A stretch of DNA of 64,000 nucleotides, taken from positions 3,253-67,252 of the forward strand of contig JAZQXT010000080.1 in NCBI GenBank assembly GCA_045633005.1, read 5' to 3'. Source of the DNA: Eubacteriales bacterium (lineage in GTDB: Bacteria > Bacillota > Clostridia > Oscillospirales > CAG-272). This document shows positions 22,382 through 30,869 of the stretch, piece after piece. A program made the translations under genes and the position numbers. The number at the start of each line of letters is the position of its first letter. The stretch's first letter is position 1. The notes under the pieces are model-generated. The model was not told where the DNA came from. It saw only the letters and a program-made list of their open reading frames with translations, and searched no databases.

Positions 22382-22999
22382 TTACTTCCGTTCGCGGCTT
22401 ATGACTTTTTTCTGCCACGAATAGCGCTTGCAATTGGGGCAGCGCATATATCGCGTTCTGCCTGAATGCATCGCAAAAAACACGCTACTGTATTGAGGAA
22501 TATGTCTATGTCCGCACTTTTGGCATTCATAATATCCCGCCTTTTGCTCGATTTTCAACGCAAACGGAGTTGCGATCAAAAGCGGCAACAGACAGAGTCC
22601 GACGAGCAAGCCCGCCTTCCATTCCTCCATTGGTACGATGCTCACGATTATCGCCGCCGCAACAAGCGGCAAGACGGCGATTATACCCATGACGATTTCC
22701 GCTCTGAGCAATCTTTTGTCCGCTTCTTCTTTTTGCTTGACCATTTCAAGCAGATTTTTTTCCAATTCTTTGTTGTAATTATCCATTGTAACTACCTCCC
22801 CACTTAGTAGATCGTTTACGCTGATACCGAGAACGGCGCAAAGCTCAAGCATTATCGACGAGTCGGGCAGAGACTTGCCCGTTTCCCATTTCGATACCGC
22901 TCTGTCGGTGATGTTCAGCCTTTCGGCGAGCTGTGCTTGCGTAAGCCCCGCCTTTTTTCTGCATTCCGATATGAATTTTCCTATCTTCGCCTGATCCAT
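22382..22999 (-). CDS. XRE-family HTH regulator with two TM segments and a C-terminal Zn ribbon
   Basis: LTQAQLAERLNITDRAVSKWETG, TM pair, CQKC...CPNC; GGAGG RBS. Confidence 0.85.
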   Translation of the reverse strand: MDQAKIGKFISECRKKAGLTQAQLAERLNITDRAVSKWETGKSLPDSSIMLELCAVLGISVNDLLSGEVVTMDNYNKELEKNLLEMVKQKEEADKRLLRAEIVMGIIAVLPLVAAAIIVSIVPMEEWKAGLLVGLCLLPLLIATPFALKIEQKAGYYECQKCGHRHIPQYSSVFFAMHSGRTRYMRCPNCKRYSWQKKVISRERK

Positions 23000-23046
23000 C
23001 GGCGCACCTCCTTTCGATATCAGCATAACCGTTTTTACGGTAAATA

Positions 23047-23096
23047 TCAACATACCGTCGGTTGAGTGTGGGGAATTCTACCGACGGTGGAGTTGA
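23047..23096. promoter_or_regulatory. Paired inverted operator-like sites upstream of the XRE gene
   Basis: tcaacataccgtcggttga and tctaccgacggtggagttga are near reverse complements. Confidence 0.5.
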
Positions 23097-23103
23097 AATT
23101 CGG

Positions 23104-23625
23104 TTATTTTTGCGATTTTTCTACCTTTTTAATGTATTCGTCAAGCTGTTTTTGGTTTTTGATAACTACTACCTTTTCGCCGTATTTTGACATCAGGCTC
23201 TTGTTTCTGTCCTTCGTCTTTTTCGACCTTCCGCGCCACAGTATCCACGTGGCAAAATCAAAGTCGAACTTTTCGTTGCACCCCTTCGCCATATCGGGGC
23301 GCGTGGTGTTTTTGTATTTACGGTATCTGCGAAGTGCGCGGAAAAAGCAGGAAAATCTGTTAAAAAGAAGCATAATTATCTCGTCAGCTTCCTCCATACG
23401 GCGATCGTAACAGAGCTTTGAGTACGTGCCGTCGATGACCCACGAATCGTGGGAATCCAAAAAATCCTTGGTTATTCTAAGCTTTTCTTCCTCGCTTCGA
23501 ATTTTCCAATTCGGCAAGAACTGAACCGTGTCGAAGTGTAAAACGTCGGTTTGGTAGATATCAGCCAGTTTTTTAGCCAGCGTGGACTTCCCCGAACCGC
23601 TGTATCCGATAATTGCAATTTTCAT
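23104..23625 (-). CDS. DNA topology modulation protein FlaR-like (adenylate kinase-like P-loop)
   Basis: IIGYSGSGKSTLA, WVIDGTY, RPDMAKGCNEK. Confidence 0.82.
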   Translation of the reverse strand: MKIAIIGYSGSGKSTLAKKLADIYQTDVLHFDTVQFLPNWKIRSEEEKLRITKDFLDSHDSWVIDGTYSKLCYDRRMEEADEIIMLLFNRFSCFFRALRRYRKYKNTTRPDMAKGCNEKFDFDFATWILWRGRSKKTKDRNKSLMSKYGEKVVVIKNQKQLDEYIKKVEKSQK

Positions 23626-23670
23626 TTTTGACCTTTACGATTTGATATATGAAACAATTTACCATTTTTA

Positions 23671-23738
23671 CAAGAAAACTTGGCAAAAGCTATTGACAAG
23701 TAAACTTGTCAGGTGTATAATATAGCCAACAAAACTTG
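23671..23738 (+). promoter_or_regulatory. Sigma-A promoter overlapped by three CAAG-N4-CTTG-type operators
   Basis: TTGACA 23693-17 nt-TATAAT 23716; sites CAAGAAAACTTG 23671, CAAGTAAACTTG 23697, CAACAAAACTTG 23727. Confidence 0.7.
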
Positions 23739-23753
23739 GCAAAGGGGTTCATT

Positions 23754-24083
23754 ATGAACAAAGACGAAATTTTGGCAAAAAGCAGAAAAGAAAACGAAGG
23801 CAAGTCTGACGAGCGCGAATTACAAATATTCGCCAACGCTTCCAAAATAGGGATGGCTGTTGGCGGAATTATATCTGTAATAATCGTTATTTTCTCAAAA
23901 ATTGCAGACCAGCCCTTGCTTGGTCTTTCCGCGTGGGCGGTATATTTTGGTATGTTTGGAAGCCGTCATCTTTACCATTTCCTGAAGTCAAAAGAAAAAA
24001 TCAAATTGATCCAAGCACTGATAGGCATTTCGTTTGGTGCCGCCTGCTTTATCGGAATGATAGTTTTGGGGTTGCAGAAATGA
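23754..24083 (+). CDS. Small 3-TM membrane protein (DUF6442-like)
   Basis: MNKDEILAKSRKEN...DERE N-terminus typical of this family; coupled to the downstream XRE gene by ATGA overlap. Confidence 0.72.
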   Translation: MNKDEILAKSRKENEGKSDERELQIFANASKIGMAVGGIISVIIVIFSKIADQPLLGLSAWAVYFGMFGSRHLYHFLKSKEKIKLIQALIGISFGAACFIGMIVLGLQK

Positions 24084-24292
24084 AAGATGATTCCTTATTG
24101 GTTCTAAAAAACAATCTGAAAGAAGCTCGCACTATGGCAGGATTGTCCCAAGCACAGCTTGCGGAGATGGTTGGAGTATCAAGAAACACGATAAGTTCCA
24201 TAGAAACGGGGCAATTTAACCCGACGGCGAAGCTGGCACTTATTTTATGTATCGCATTGGATAAAAAATTCGAGGAGCTTTTTTATTTTTGA
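24080..24292 (+). CDS. Small XRE-family HTH regulator
   Basis: LSQAQLAEMVGVSRNTISSIETGQFNPTAKLAL. Confidence 0.9.
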   Translation: MKDDSLLVLKNNLKEARTMAGLSQAQLAEMVGVSRNTISSIETGQFNPTAKLALILCIALDKKFEELFYF

Positions 24293-24360
24293 GCCCAAGT
24301 TAAAAATACGATAAAACAAAAGTTTAGCGAGGTTTTTGTTGGTGCTCATTGTATTTTGAA

Positions 24361-24534
24361 ATCATCAAGGCGAAGCCTTGTATATCATCAATTCTGAAGG
24401 AATTGTATATCATCAACACGGAGTGTTGTATATCATCATTGCGAAAGAAATACAGCCTACGGCTGATGATATACGCCTGCGGCGATGATATACACGCTAT
24501 CGCGTGATGATATGCCATTGCTTTCGCAATGGAT
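24361..24534. repeat. Repeat-hairpin ladder element A (GTATATCATC / GATGATATAC)
   Basis: Repeats at 24361 (partial), 24380, 24405, 24428; inverted copies at 24465, 24484, 24506; a mini-hairpin lies between every pair. Confidence 0.9.
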
Positions 24535-24565
24535 AAAAAATCGACAGGCATAGCCTGTCGATTTT
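24535..24565 (-). terminator. Terminator immediately 3' of tRNA-Leu
   Basis: aaaaaatcgacaggc-ata-gcctgtcgatttt. Confidence 0.75.
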
Positions 24566-24652
24566 TGGTGCCGGTGGCGGGGGTCGAACCCGCACGGTGT
24601 CGCCACCGCGGGATTTTGAGTCCCGTACGTCTGCCAGTTCCATCACACCGGC
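24566..24652 (-). tRNA. tRNA-Leu, anticodon CAA
   Basis: Minus strand GCCGGTG...TGGCAGAC...CGGGA CTCAAAA TCCCG, long variable arm, GGTTCGACCCC, CACCGGC-ACCA. Confidence 0.96.
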
Positions 24653-24983
24653 TTACCACTTATTGAATTATAGCACAAAGCTTTTGCAAAATCAACTGTT
24701 TTTTCATTTATTTTTAATTTTTAAGCAAAAAACTTTTCCACTCTTCTCTGCCTCGCCCCGAGACAAGCATATATCGCGCGTGCGTGCGCATATTATACTT
24801 AATAAGATTTTTCGGCTTTTGCGGCTGATTTGTATGAAAAAACGCATGATCAAGGCGAATTTTGGCGCAGCGCACCTTGCGGTTGCGCAAAAATTCAACT
24901 CAAAGTTGGTGGCAACGAGCGGGTGCGTTTGTTATAATACAATCACAGTAAAGCCGTAACGGCTATTTTTAAGGAGAATTTCT

Positions 24984-26816
24984 ATGTGTGGAATAATTGG
25001 TTATACAGGCAGCCGTAAGGCAAAGAAAATACTGCTTGACGGTCTTGCATCCCTTGAATACAGAGGCTACGACTCTGCGGGAATTGCGCTGTGCGACGCT
25101 GACGGTACGCTTCGCACCATCAAGTGCGGCGGCAGAGTAAGCGAGCTTGCAAGCAAAGCAAACGCCGTTGATTTTGATGCAAACCGCGGAATCGGTCACA
25201 CCCGTTGGGCAACCCACGGCGGCCCTACCGAGGCAAACGCGCATCCCCACGCCTCCAAGCGTTGCGTGATAGTACACAACGGTATTATCGACAACTGCCT
25301 TGAGCTTCGCGACGAGCTTTCGGCGCAGGGCTACACCTTCGTAAGCGACACCGACACCGAGGCTGCGGCGCACCTCATCGACCGCGAGTACGCGGCTCTT
25401 GGTGACCCCGCAAAGGCTCTTTACTCGGCTGCAAAATATCTTTGCGGTTCTTATGCTATCGCTGTTATTTTCCCCGAAAGAAGCGGCGAGATCTGGGCTA
25501 TCAGACGCGACAATCCCCTGATTGCCGCAACGTCCCCCGACGGTGCATTCCTTGCATCCGACATCCCCGCACTTCTCTCTCACACCCGTATGATCTACCG
25601 TCCCAAGGAAAACGAGGTAATTTGCATTACCGAGGCGGGCATCACGAAGCACAACACCGACGGAACGGTTGAAGCGATCGTTCCCGAGGAGACCGAGCTT
25701 GGCATTTCCGCCGCTGACAAGGATGGCTACGACCACTTTATGCTCAAGGAGATCCACGAACAGCCCGACGCTATTCGCCGTGCGGCTTCTCACCGCATAA
25801 ACTCCGATATGCTTCCCGATTTCTCGACCGACGGCATTTCCGAGGAATTCTGGCACTCCTTTGACAGCATTTCCATTATCGCCTGCGGCTCTGCTACACA
25901 CGCAGGTCTCGTTGGAAGATACGTTATCGAAAAGCTCGCGGGCGTTCCCGTTACTGTAAACACCGCGTCGGAATACCGCTACGATCCCCCCGCAATAGTA
26001 GGTAAGACTCTTGCTCTTGCTATTTCACAGTCGGGCGAGACCGCTGACACGCTTGCAGGACTTCGTCTTGCAAAGAGTCAGGGACACCCCACCGCCGCTA
26101 TTATAAACGCTGTGGGCTCTGCTATCGCGCGCGAGGCTGATTGCGTTATCTACACGGGCGCAGGTCCTGAGATCGCCGTTGCTACCACCAAGGGCTACGC
26201 TACTCAGGTAGCCGTGCTTTGTATGATGGCTATCAAGCTCGGCGTTGCACGCGGAAATCTTGCCGCTACCGAGGCAGCACGCCTTTGCCGCTCGCTTTCC
26301 CGCGATATTCCCGCATACGTCAGCGAGATCATCGGCAGACGTGACGAGATCCGCAAGCTCGCAGTTGCCGTCAAGGATGCAGACGACCTCTACTTTATCG
26401 GACGAGGTCCTGACTTCCCCGCCGCAACCGAATGCTCGCTCAAGCTCAAGGAGATCTCCTACGTTCACAGCGAGGCGTACGCCGCAGGTGAGCTGAAGCA
26501 CGGAACGCTCTCTCTCGTTGAGGAGGGTACTCCCGTAGTTGCGCTTGCAAACGATTCAAGATATTTCGATAAGATGGCAGGAAACATTCGCGAGGTTCGC
26601 GCAAGAGGCGGTTACGTTACGCTGATATGCACCGACGATTTCCCGCATCCCACCGAATACGGCGACAGCATTTTCGTTCTTCCCAAGACCGAGCCGCTGT
26701 TCTCTCCCCTCGTCAGCGTTGCCGCTTGTCAGATACTCTCTTACGAGATCGCTCTGCTTCGCGGTTGCGACGTTGACCACCCCCGCAATCTTGCAAAATC
26801 CGTAACTGTTGAATAA
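24984..26816 (+). CDS. glmS: Glutamine-fructose-6-phosphate transaminase
   Basis: MCGIIG, EYRGYDSAG, GHTRWATHG, SQSGETADT, ELKHG, PRNLAKSVTVE. Confidence 0.97.
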   Translation: MCGIIGYTGSRKAKKILLDGLASLEYRGYDSAGIALCDADGTLRTIKCGGRVSELASKANAVDFDANRGIGHTRWATHGGPTEANAHPHASKRCVIVHNGIIDNCLELRDELSAQGYTFVSDTDTEAAAHLIDREYAALGDPAKALYSAAKYLCGSYAIAVIFPERSGEIWAIRRDNPLIAATSPDGAFLASDIPALLSHTRMIYRPKENEVICITEAGITKHNTDGTVEAIVPEETELGISAADKDGYDHFMLKEIHEQPDAIRRAASHRINSDMLPDFSTDGISEEFWHSFDSISIIACGSATHAGLVGRYVIEKLAGVPVTVNTASEYRYDPPAIVGKTLALAISQSGETADTLAGLRLAKSQGHPTAAIINAVGSAIAREADCVIYTGAGPEIAVATTKGYATQVAVLCMMAIKLGVARGNLAATEAARLCRSLSRDIPAYVSEIIGRRDEIRKLAVAVKDADDLYFIGRGPDFPAATECSLKLKEISYVHSEAYAAGELKHGTLSLVEEGTPVVALANDSRYFDKMAGNIREVRARGGYVTLICTDDFPHPTEYGDSIFVLPKTEPLFSPLVSVAACQILSYEIALLRGCDVDHPRNLAKSVTVE

Positions 26817-26849
26817 AAAAATCGGGAGCGTTAGCTCCCGATTTTTTTA
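26814..26849. terminator. Bidirectional terminator
   Basis: aaaaaaatcgggagc-gtta-gctcccgattttttt. Confidence 0.78.
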
Positions 26850-28421
26850 TACTATCAAAAATCCGACGTTGGCAAGGCTTTCCGCGCTATCGGGCGCGTC
26901 TGCCTCGATGCCGTTGTCCGTAGCTACCCGCACGGGATCGACTCCGTAACGCTTGGAAACAGACCACAGGCTCTCCCCTGCACACGGGTAACAAACGGTT
27001 ATCCGCGCGGCATGGCGCGGACTTCCGTCGGGTGCGCGGCGCATACTGCCGAAACGCACCTCGGTGATCGCGTCAACGCTGCTCTTTGCCGCAACTGCCG
27101 CCGCAACGTAAAGCTCGGCGTCAACCGCAAGCTCCTCGCCGTCGATGCGTCCGCGGCACGCGCCAACGCTCACAACGGCGTGCGGGCAAAGCTCCGCATC
27201 GGTCGGAATCTCACCGATATCTGTGCTGTACTTGTACGGTATTTCAAGCTCGTGCGAGGCAAGCTCGCTTCCGTTGTCCGTGATAACGGTACAACGCACC
27301 TTGCCCGAAAGCTCCATACGGTTTCCGACGAAATCAAAACTCACGTCGGGGGAGGCTACGCCCCTTACGTCGCATATCTTCATTCCGCCGTCGAGCCTTA
27401 CGCCGTCCACGCCGATTGAACCGTTTATGCTGACGTTTCCGTTAATACAGCCTATCGGGCGGCGCGTTTGTATACGGCGCGAGGAGGTTTCGGATGCGTT
27501 TGAAAGAGCGTACACGTCGCGCAGATAAGTAAACGGGTATTTCGCCTGCGACTCGCCGCACAGCACCACCTCCGCCTCGCACACAAGGTGTCCGTCGGCG
27601 ACCGTTGCGCCGCACGAGGCAAGCTCACCCCAGCCGCACGCGCCCACAAGCTCCGCGCCGTCGCGCACGTCTTTCAGATACGCCGCCTCACCGCTTACGG
27701 GAATCTTTCGGGTAACGGCGTAAGGTCGCTCCCCCTCGCCCTCTCGGCAAAGCAGAATTTTAAGCTGTAATTCGCCGCTACACGCAACGCCCGTGCGCCT
27801 TGCCTCGGCGGACGTTATCATTACCTCGCCGCGACAGCAGACGACGCGAAGCTCTTCCGTTTCGCCCACCTCAAAGCTATCGCTCAGCGCAATAGCGTCG
27901 CTTCTGCCGCAAAGCGTTTGCATAGCGCTTGCAACTCCCTCAAGGCATCTTACGTCGCTTTCCAAAACGCTCTCGCCACGACACGCGCACTCAAACTCCG
28001 CGTTACATCCGACGGCGGCGCGGACTCGCACACGCGAGCGAATATTCACGCGGCGCGGCGCTATGACGCGCACGGCGGGCGTTTCCGCTACCGCGGTAGC
28101 GCGGCAGTGGCATTTTTCATTATCGGGTGCTTCGCCCTCAAGGCTCATCGCCGTTTCGTACTCTGCGGGTAGCTCGATGCACCACGCGCCGCCGTCCTCC
28201 CCGCCCTCGTATAGCAAGCGATACCGCATATTGCCGCCAAGCTCACAGCCCGACGGGCTTACGTAGCTTTCGGGCGCTGACACGGTTGCATCCACCGATA
28301 TCACGCGCTTTATCGGTGGCATATAATCGGGTAAGGTGTAGTCGTCCGACATTTCGCAAAGCACGTTTTTTTCCGCAAGCGGCACTTCAAGCTCAAAGCG
28401 TGCCGCTGTTATCTCATTCAT
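26847..28421 (-). CDS. SPOCS (DUF3794) repeat plus C-terminal LysM spore coat morphogenetic protein, SipL-like
   Basis: DYTLPDYMPPIKRV start, three ~150-aa beta-rich repeats, LysM-like GESLWSVSKRYGV. Confidence 0.75.
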   Translation of the reverse strand: MNEITAARFELEVPLAEKNVLCEMSDDYTLPDYMPPIKRVISVDATVSAPESYVSPSGCELGGNMRYRLLYEGGEDGGAWCIELPAEYETAMSLEGEAPDNEKCHCRATAVAETPAVRVIAPRRVNIRSRVRVRAAVGCNAEFECACRGESVLESDVRCLEGVASAMQTLCGRSDAIALSDSFEVGETEELRVVCCRGEVMITSAEARRTGVACSGELQLKILLCREGEGERPYAVTRKIPVSGEAAYLKDVRDGAELVGACGWGELASCGATVADGHLVCEAEVVLCGESQAKYPFTYLRDVYALSNASETSSRRIQTRRPIGCINGNVSINGSIGVDGVRLDGGMKICDVRGVASPDVSFDFVGNRMELSGKVRCTVITDNGSELASHELEIPYKYSTDIGEIPTDAELCPHAVVSVGACRGRIDGEELAVDAELYVAAAVAAKSSVDAITEVRFGSMRRAPDGSPRHAARITVCYPCAGESLWSVSKRYGVDPVRVATDNGIEADAPDSAESLANVGFLIV

Positions 28422-28674
28422 ATCTTTTCCTCCGTAGTGATATTTTACTGTATTTTATTCTAAAGCACGGGGATATATGCAAAAAAACCGCACATACGTC
28501 CTACCAACTAAAATAGGACGGAGATTTTTAATTCTCCGTCCCGTTTTCTTGATAAGTACAACACCGTGGATACAAATGCAAATATTAAATTTGTCGATAT
28601 ATCGACAATCCCACGAGGGATTGATATCGATGCGCACCTGCACGATGGCAGGTGCGCTAAGGCGGTTTTTTTGA

Positions 28675-29223
28675 TCAGCTTTCGAGCTGTTTGGCGAGAA
28701 AGGCGGCGGCGGTCTGCACAAGCTTCGCTTCAACGCTTCCGTTTTCGGTGCGTATCGCGCCGTCGGCGCAAAGCGCCGCAACGCATCCGAGAACGTCGCC
28801 CTCCGATATGATTGGCATCGCGCAGGTGATATAATGCGAGCCGCCGTCAACTATCGGGGAGAACTTCGCCTCGCCCGCTCTGTAAACGTAGATCCCACGG
28901 CTCTCGATGACCGCTTCAAGCTCGGCGGAAATATGCTTGTCGGCGTACTCCTTGCGAGGCACGCCCGCGGATGCTATAACCGCGTCGCGGTCACAGATGA
29001 CCACGGACAGCTCACCCGTTTTGTGGAGAGCCTCGGCGTACTGCGCCGCGAAGGAGTTAAGCTCGCCTATGGGCGAGTACTTTTTGAAAATGACCTCGCC
29101 CTCGCGGTCGGTGTAAATTTCAAGTGGGTCGCCCTCGCGGATGCGCATTGTACGGCGAATCTCTTTGGGTATCACCACACGACCGAGATCGTCAATGCGG
29201 CGTACGATTCCTGTTGCTTTCAT
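28675..29223 (-). CDS. spoVT: Stage V sporulation protein T
   Basis: MKATGIVRRIDDLGRVVIPKEIRRT AbrB domain followed by a GAF-like domain. Confidence 0.95.
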   Translation of the reverse strand: MKATGIVRRIDDLGRVVIPKEIRRTMRIREGDPLEIYTDREGEVIFKKYSPIGELNSFAAQYAEALHKTGELSVVICDRDAVIASAGVPRKEYADKHISAELEAVIESRGIYVYRAGEAKFSPIVDGGSHYITCAMPIISEGDVLGCVAALCADGAIRTENGSVEAKLVQTAAAFLAKQLES

Positions 29224-29260
29224 TTATATAAATCTCCTTGTTTTCACAGATTTGTAATGT

Positions 29261-29289
29261 TAGTATCTGCAAAACAAGGGGATTTATAC
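29261..29289 (-). promoter_or_regulatory. Forespore sigma (SigG/SigF)-like promoter of spoVT
   Basis: Minus strand GTATA-17 nt-GATACTA; spoVT is SigG-dependent in Bacillus subtilis. Confidence 0.5.
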
Positions 29290-29410
29290 TGCACAAATTG
29301 ACATTTAATCGGATATATAATAAAACGAAACCGTGGCATTAAATATCTGCTTGCAAGCTCAACCGCAAGCCGTTTTAAAAACAATATCGCGATAAATCAA
29401 CAAAACAAAG

Positions 29411-30061
29411 CTAATTTTTTATTTCATCATCCAAAGACTTAACTTTTTGGTGCTTGATTCTCCACACAACGAATGGGATATAGGTTGCAATAGGTAACAG
29501 CGCGCCTATTATACTGAACTTTGATTGAATAAGTATATTGTAGATCCCGTGGTAAACTATTGCGGTCGAGAGCAAGCCGAACGTGCCTACGGCAAAAAGC
29601 TTTCTTTTCTTTTTCACAAAGGATATGCCCACTCCGACAAGCAAGGTGCACATACCGTGCATCAATCCCGCACCAAAGGCGCGGATAACGGCGCTTACGA
29701 TACTAAAGTTAGGATAATTAAGGAGATGAAAAGCATTTTCAAGAACGGCAAATCCGATGCCGACTGCCATTGATGCAGTAAAAAGCTTCTCCTTTTTATC
29801 GGATATAACGAGCGCGTAATACAAGATCGGCAACGCCTTCAAAAGCTCTTCGCTTACCGGAGTTACGGTTACCGTGATGCTGTACCTATCCATCGGCAAA
29901 ACCCGCAAAAGAAAGCCGTTGACCTCCGACGCAAATATCGAAACAAAGATTCCGACAAGCATAAATATTATCGGAAAACGCGCTTTCTTTTCCACAAGTA
30001 CAGCCATCAGCATGATCGGGATAAAAATAGACACGAACAAGATATAGATCATATCGTCCAT
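29411..30061 (-). CDS. PrsW-family glutamic-type intramembrane protease
   Basis: PVSEELLKA, GIGFAVLEN, GLMHG, YHGIYN motifs in a multi-TM protein. Confidence 0.82.
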   Translation of the reverse strand: MDDMIYILFVSIFIPIMLMAVLVEKKARFPIIFMLVGIFVSIFASEVNGFLLRVLPMDRYSITVTVTPVSEELLKALPILYYALVISDKKEKLFTASMAVGIGFAVLENAFHLLNYPNFSIVSAVIRAFGAGLMHGMCTLLVGVGISFVKKKRKLFAVGTFGLLSTAIVYHGIYNILIQSKFSIIGALLPIATYIPFVVWRIKHQKVKSLDDEIKN

Positions 30062-30732
30062 TTTTCCACCCCTTTCCTTGCGAAGATCATCGTGCAAATA
30101 CAAAGCGTAGCAAACGCTATCGCCGCAATAGCCGACGGCACGGGGCGGTCGTAGGCGCCCGACGCAGTTAAACGCAAAAGCTCGGAAAAGCTAAGCAACA
30201 ACACAAAAACGTTATACGGCTTTATCGCTTTTATAAAACCGAAATCAAGATCGGGAATAATGGCGTGCTTCAAATTAAAATACACGCAGAAAACGGCGGG
30301 GATCCAAACGAGAGCATACATGACCTTCGTCGCCGTTGCCACATCCCCCGCTACGGCATTGGGAATATACAAAAGCGCAGCTGCCACGGGCGCTAACAGA
30401 GAAACGCGCCTCGCTCGTCGAGTTTTTGGCGATCCGTCATCAACGATCCCATCAAGCTGTGCGTAGCTTGCCGTAAGGATAAAGAGAAAAAAGCCGATAC
30501 GACCAAGATACGCCGGAGTAAAGCCCTCCGCAACGTCTTTGCCGCTGAGTGTTTGACACAAGTGATAAATACTTCCAAGCGCGTGGCTCGCCATTGCCAT
30601 AGTAATACTTTGCACGCAAAGCGGCTTCCCTTTTTTAAAAAAATGCTTCAGCCCATAAATCAAAGAAATCAGCGTTGCAATTAAGGGAACAAGCTCCGCG
30701 ATCCACAGGCATACAAGTTCAACGTATTCGAT
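30049..30732 (-). CDS. Multi-TM hypothetical membrane protein (start uncertain: ATC 30732 or TTG 30663)
   Basis: Hydrophobic ORF overlapping the PrsW start; the frame is open 23 codons upstream of the ORF-track start, up to an ATC behind GGAGG. Confidence 0.65.
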   Translation of the reverse strand: MEYVELVCLWIAELVPLIATLISLIYGLKHFFKKGKPLCVQSITMAMASHALGSIYHLCQTLSGKDVAEGFTPAYLGRIGFFLFILTASYAQLDGIVDDGSPKTRRARRVSLLAPVAAALLYIPNAVAGDVATATKVMYALVWIPAVFCVYFNLKHAIIPDLDFGFIKAIKPYNVFVLLLSFSELLRLTASGAYDRPVPSAIAAIAFATLCICTMIFARKGVEKWTI

Positions 30733-30773
30733 TTTACCGCACCTCCCATCATACGACGCTGTAGAAATGCTTT

Positions 30774-30809
30774 ATTATATCAAAGACAGGGTTACAAAAG
30801 TGTTACAAA
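30774..30809 (-). promoter_or_regulatory. Promoter with TTTGTAAC direct repeat (11-bp period) in place of a -35 box
   Basis: Minus strand TTTGTAACactTTTGTAAC-11 nt-TATAAT. Confidence 0.65.
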
Positions 30810-30869
30810 TCCCACGAAAAAGCAAAAATTAAAAAAGGTGCAGATTTTTCTGCACCTTTTTGTGGGGAA

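Noticed and set aside
24361-24534. CRISPR array interpretation of the regularly spaced repeats (also elements B and C)
   Set aside because: Repeats are only 7-10 nt, spacers are 9-18 nt self-complementary hairpins, the orientation flips midway, and there are no cas genes.
22382-24566. Integrative element or prophage at tRNA-Leu
   Set aside because: No integrase, and no convincing duplication of the tRNA 3' end (only a short ttggtgccg match near 24034).
24324-24659. 111-aa ORF across the tRNA and element A; also 60426..60641 across element C
   Set aside because: Translations of structured non-coding sequence; no RBS or protein features.
24660-24983. glmS ribozyme upstream of glmS
   Set aside because: No recognisable ribozyme core. 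A TATAAT near 24933 leaves a leader of only about 40 nt.
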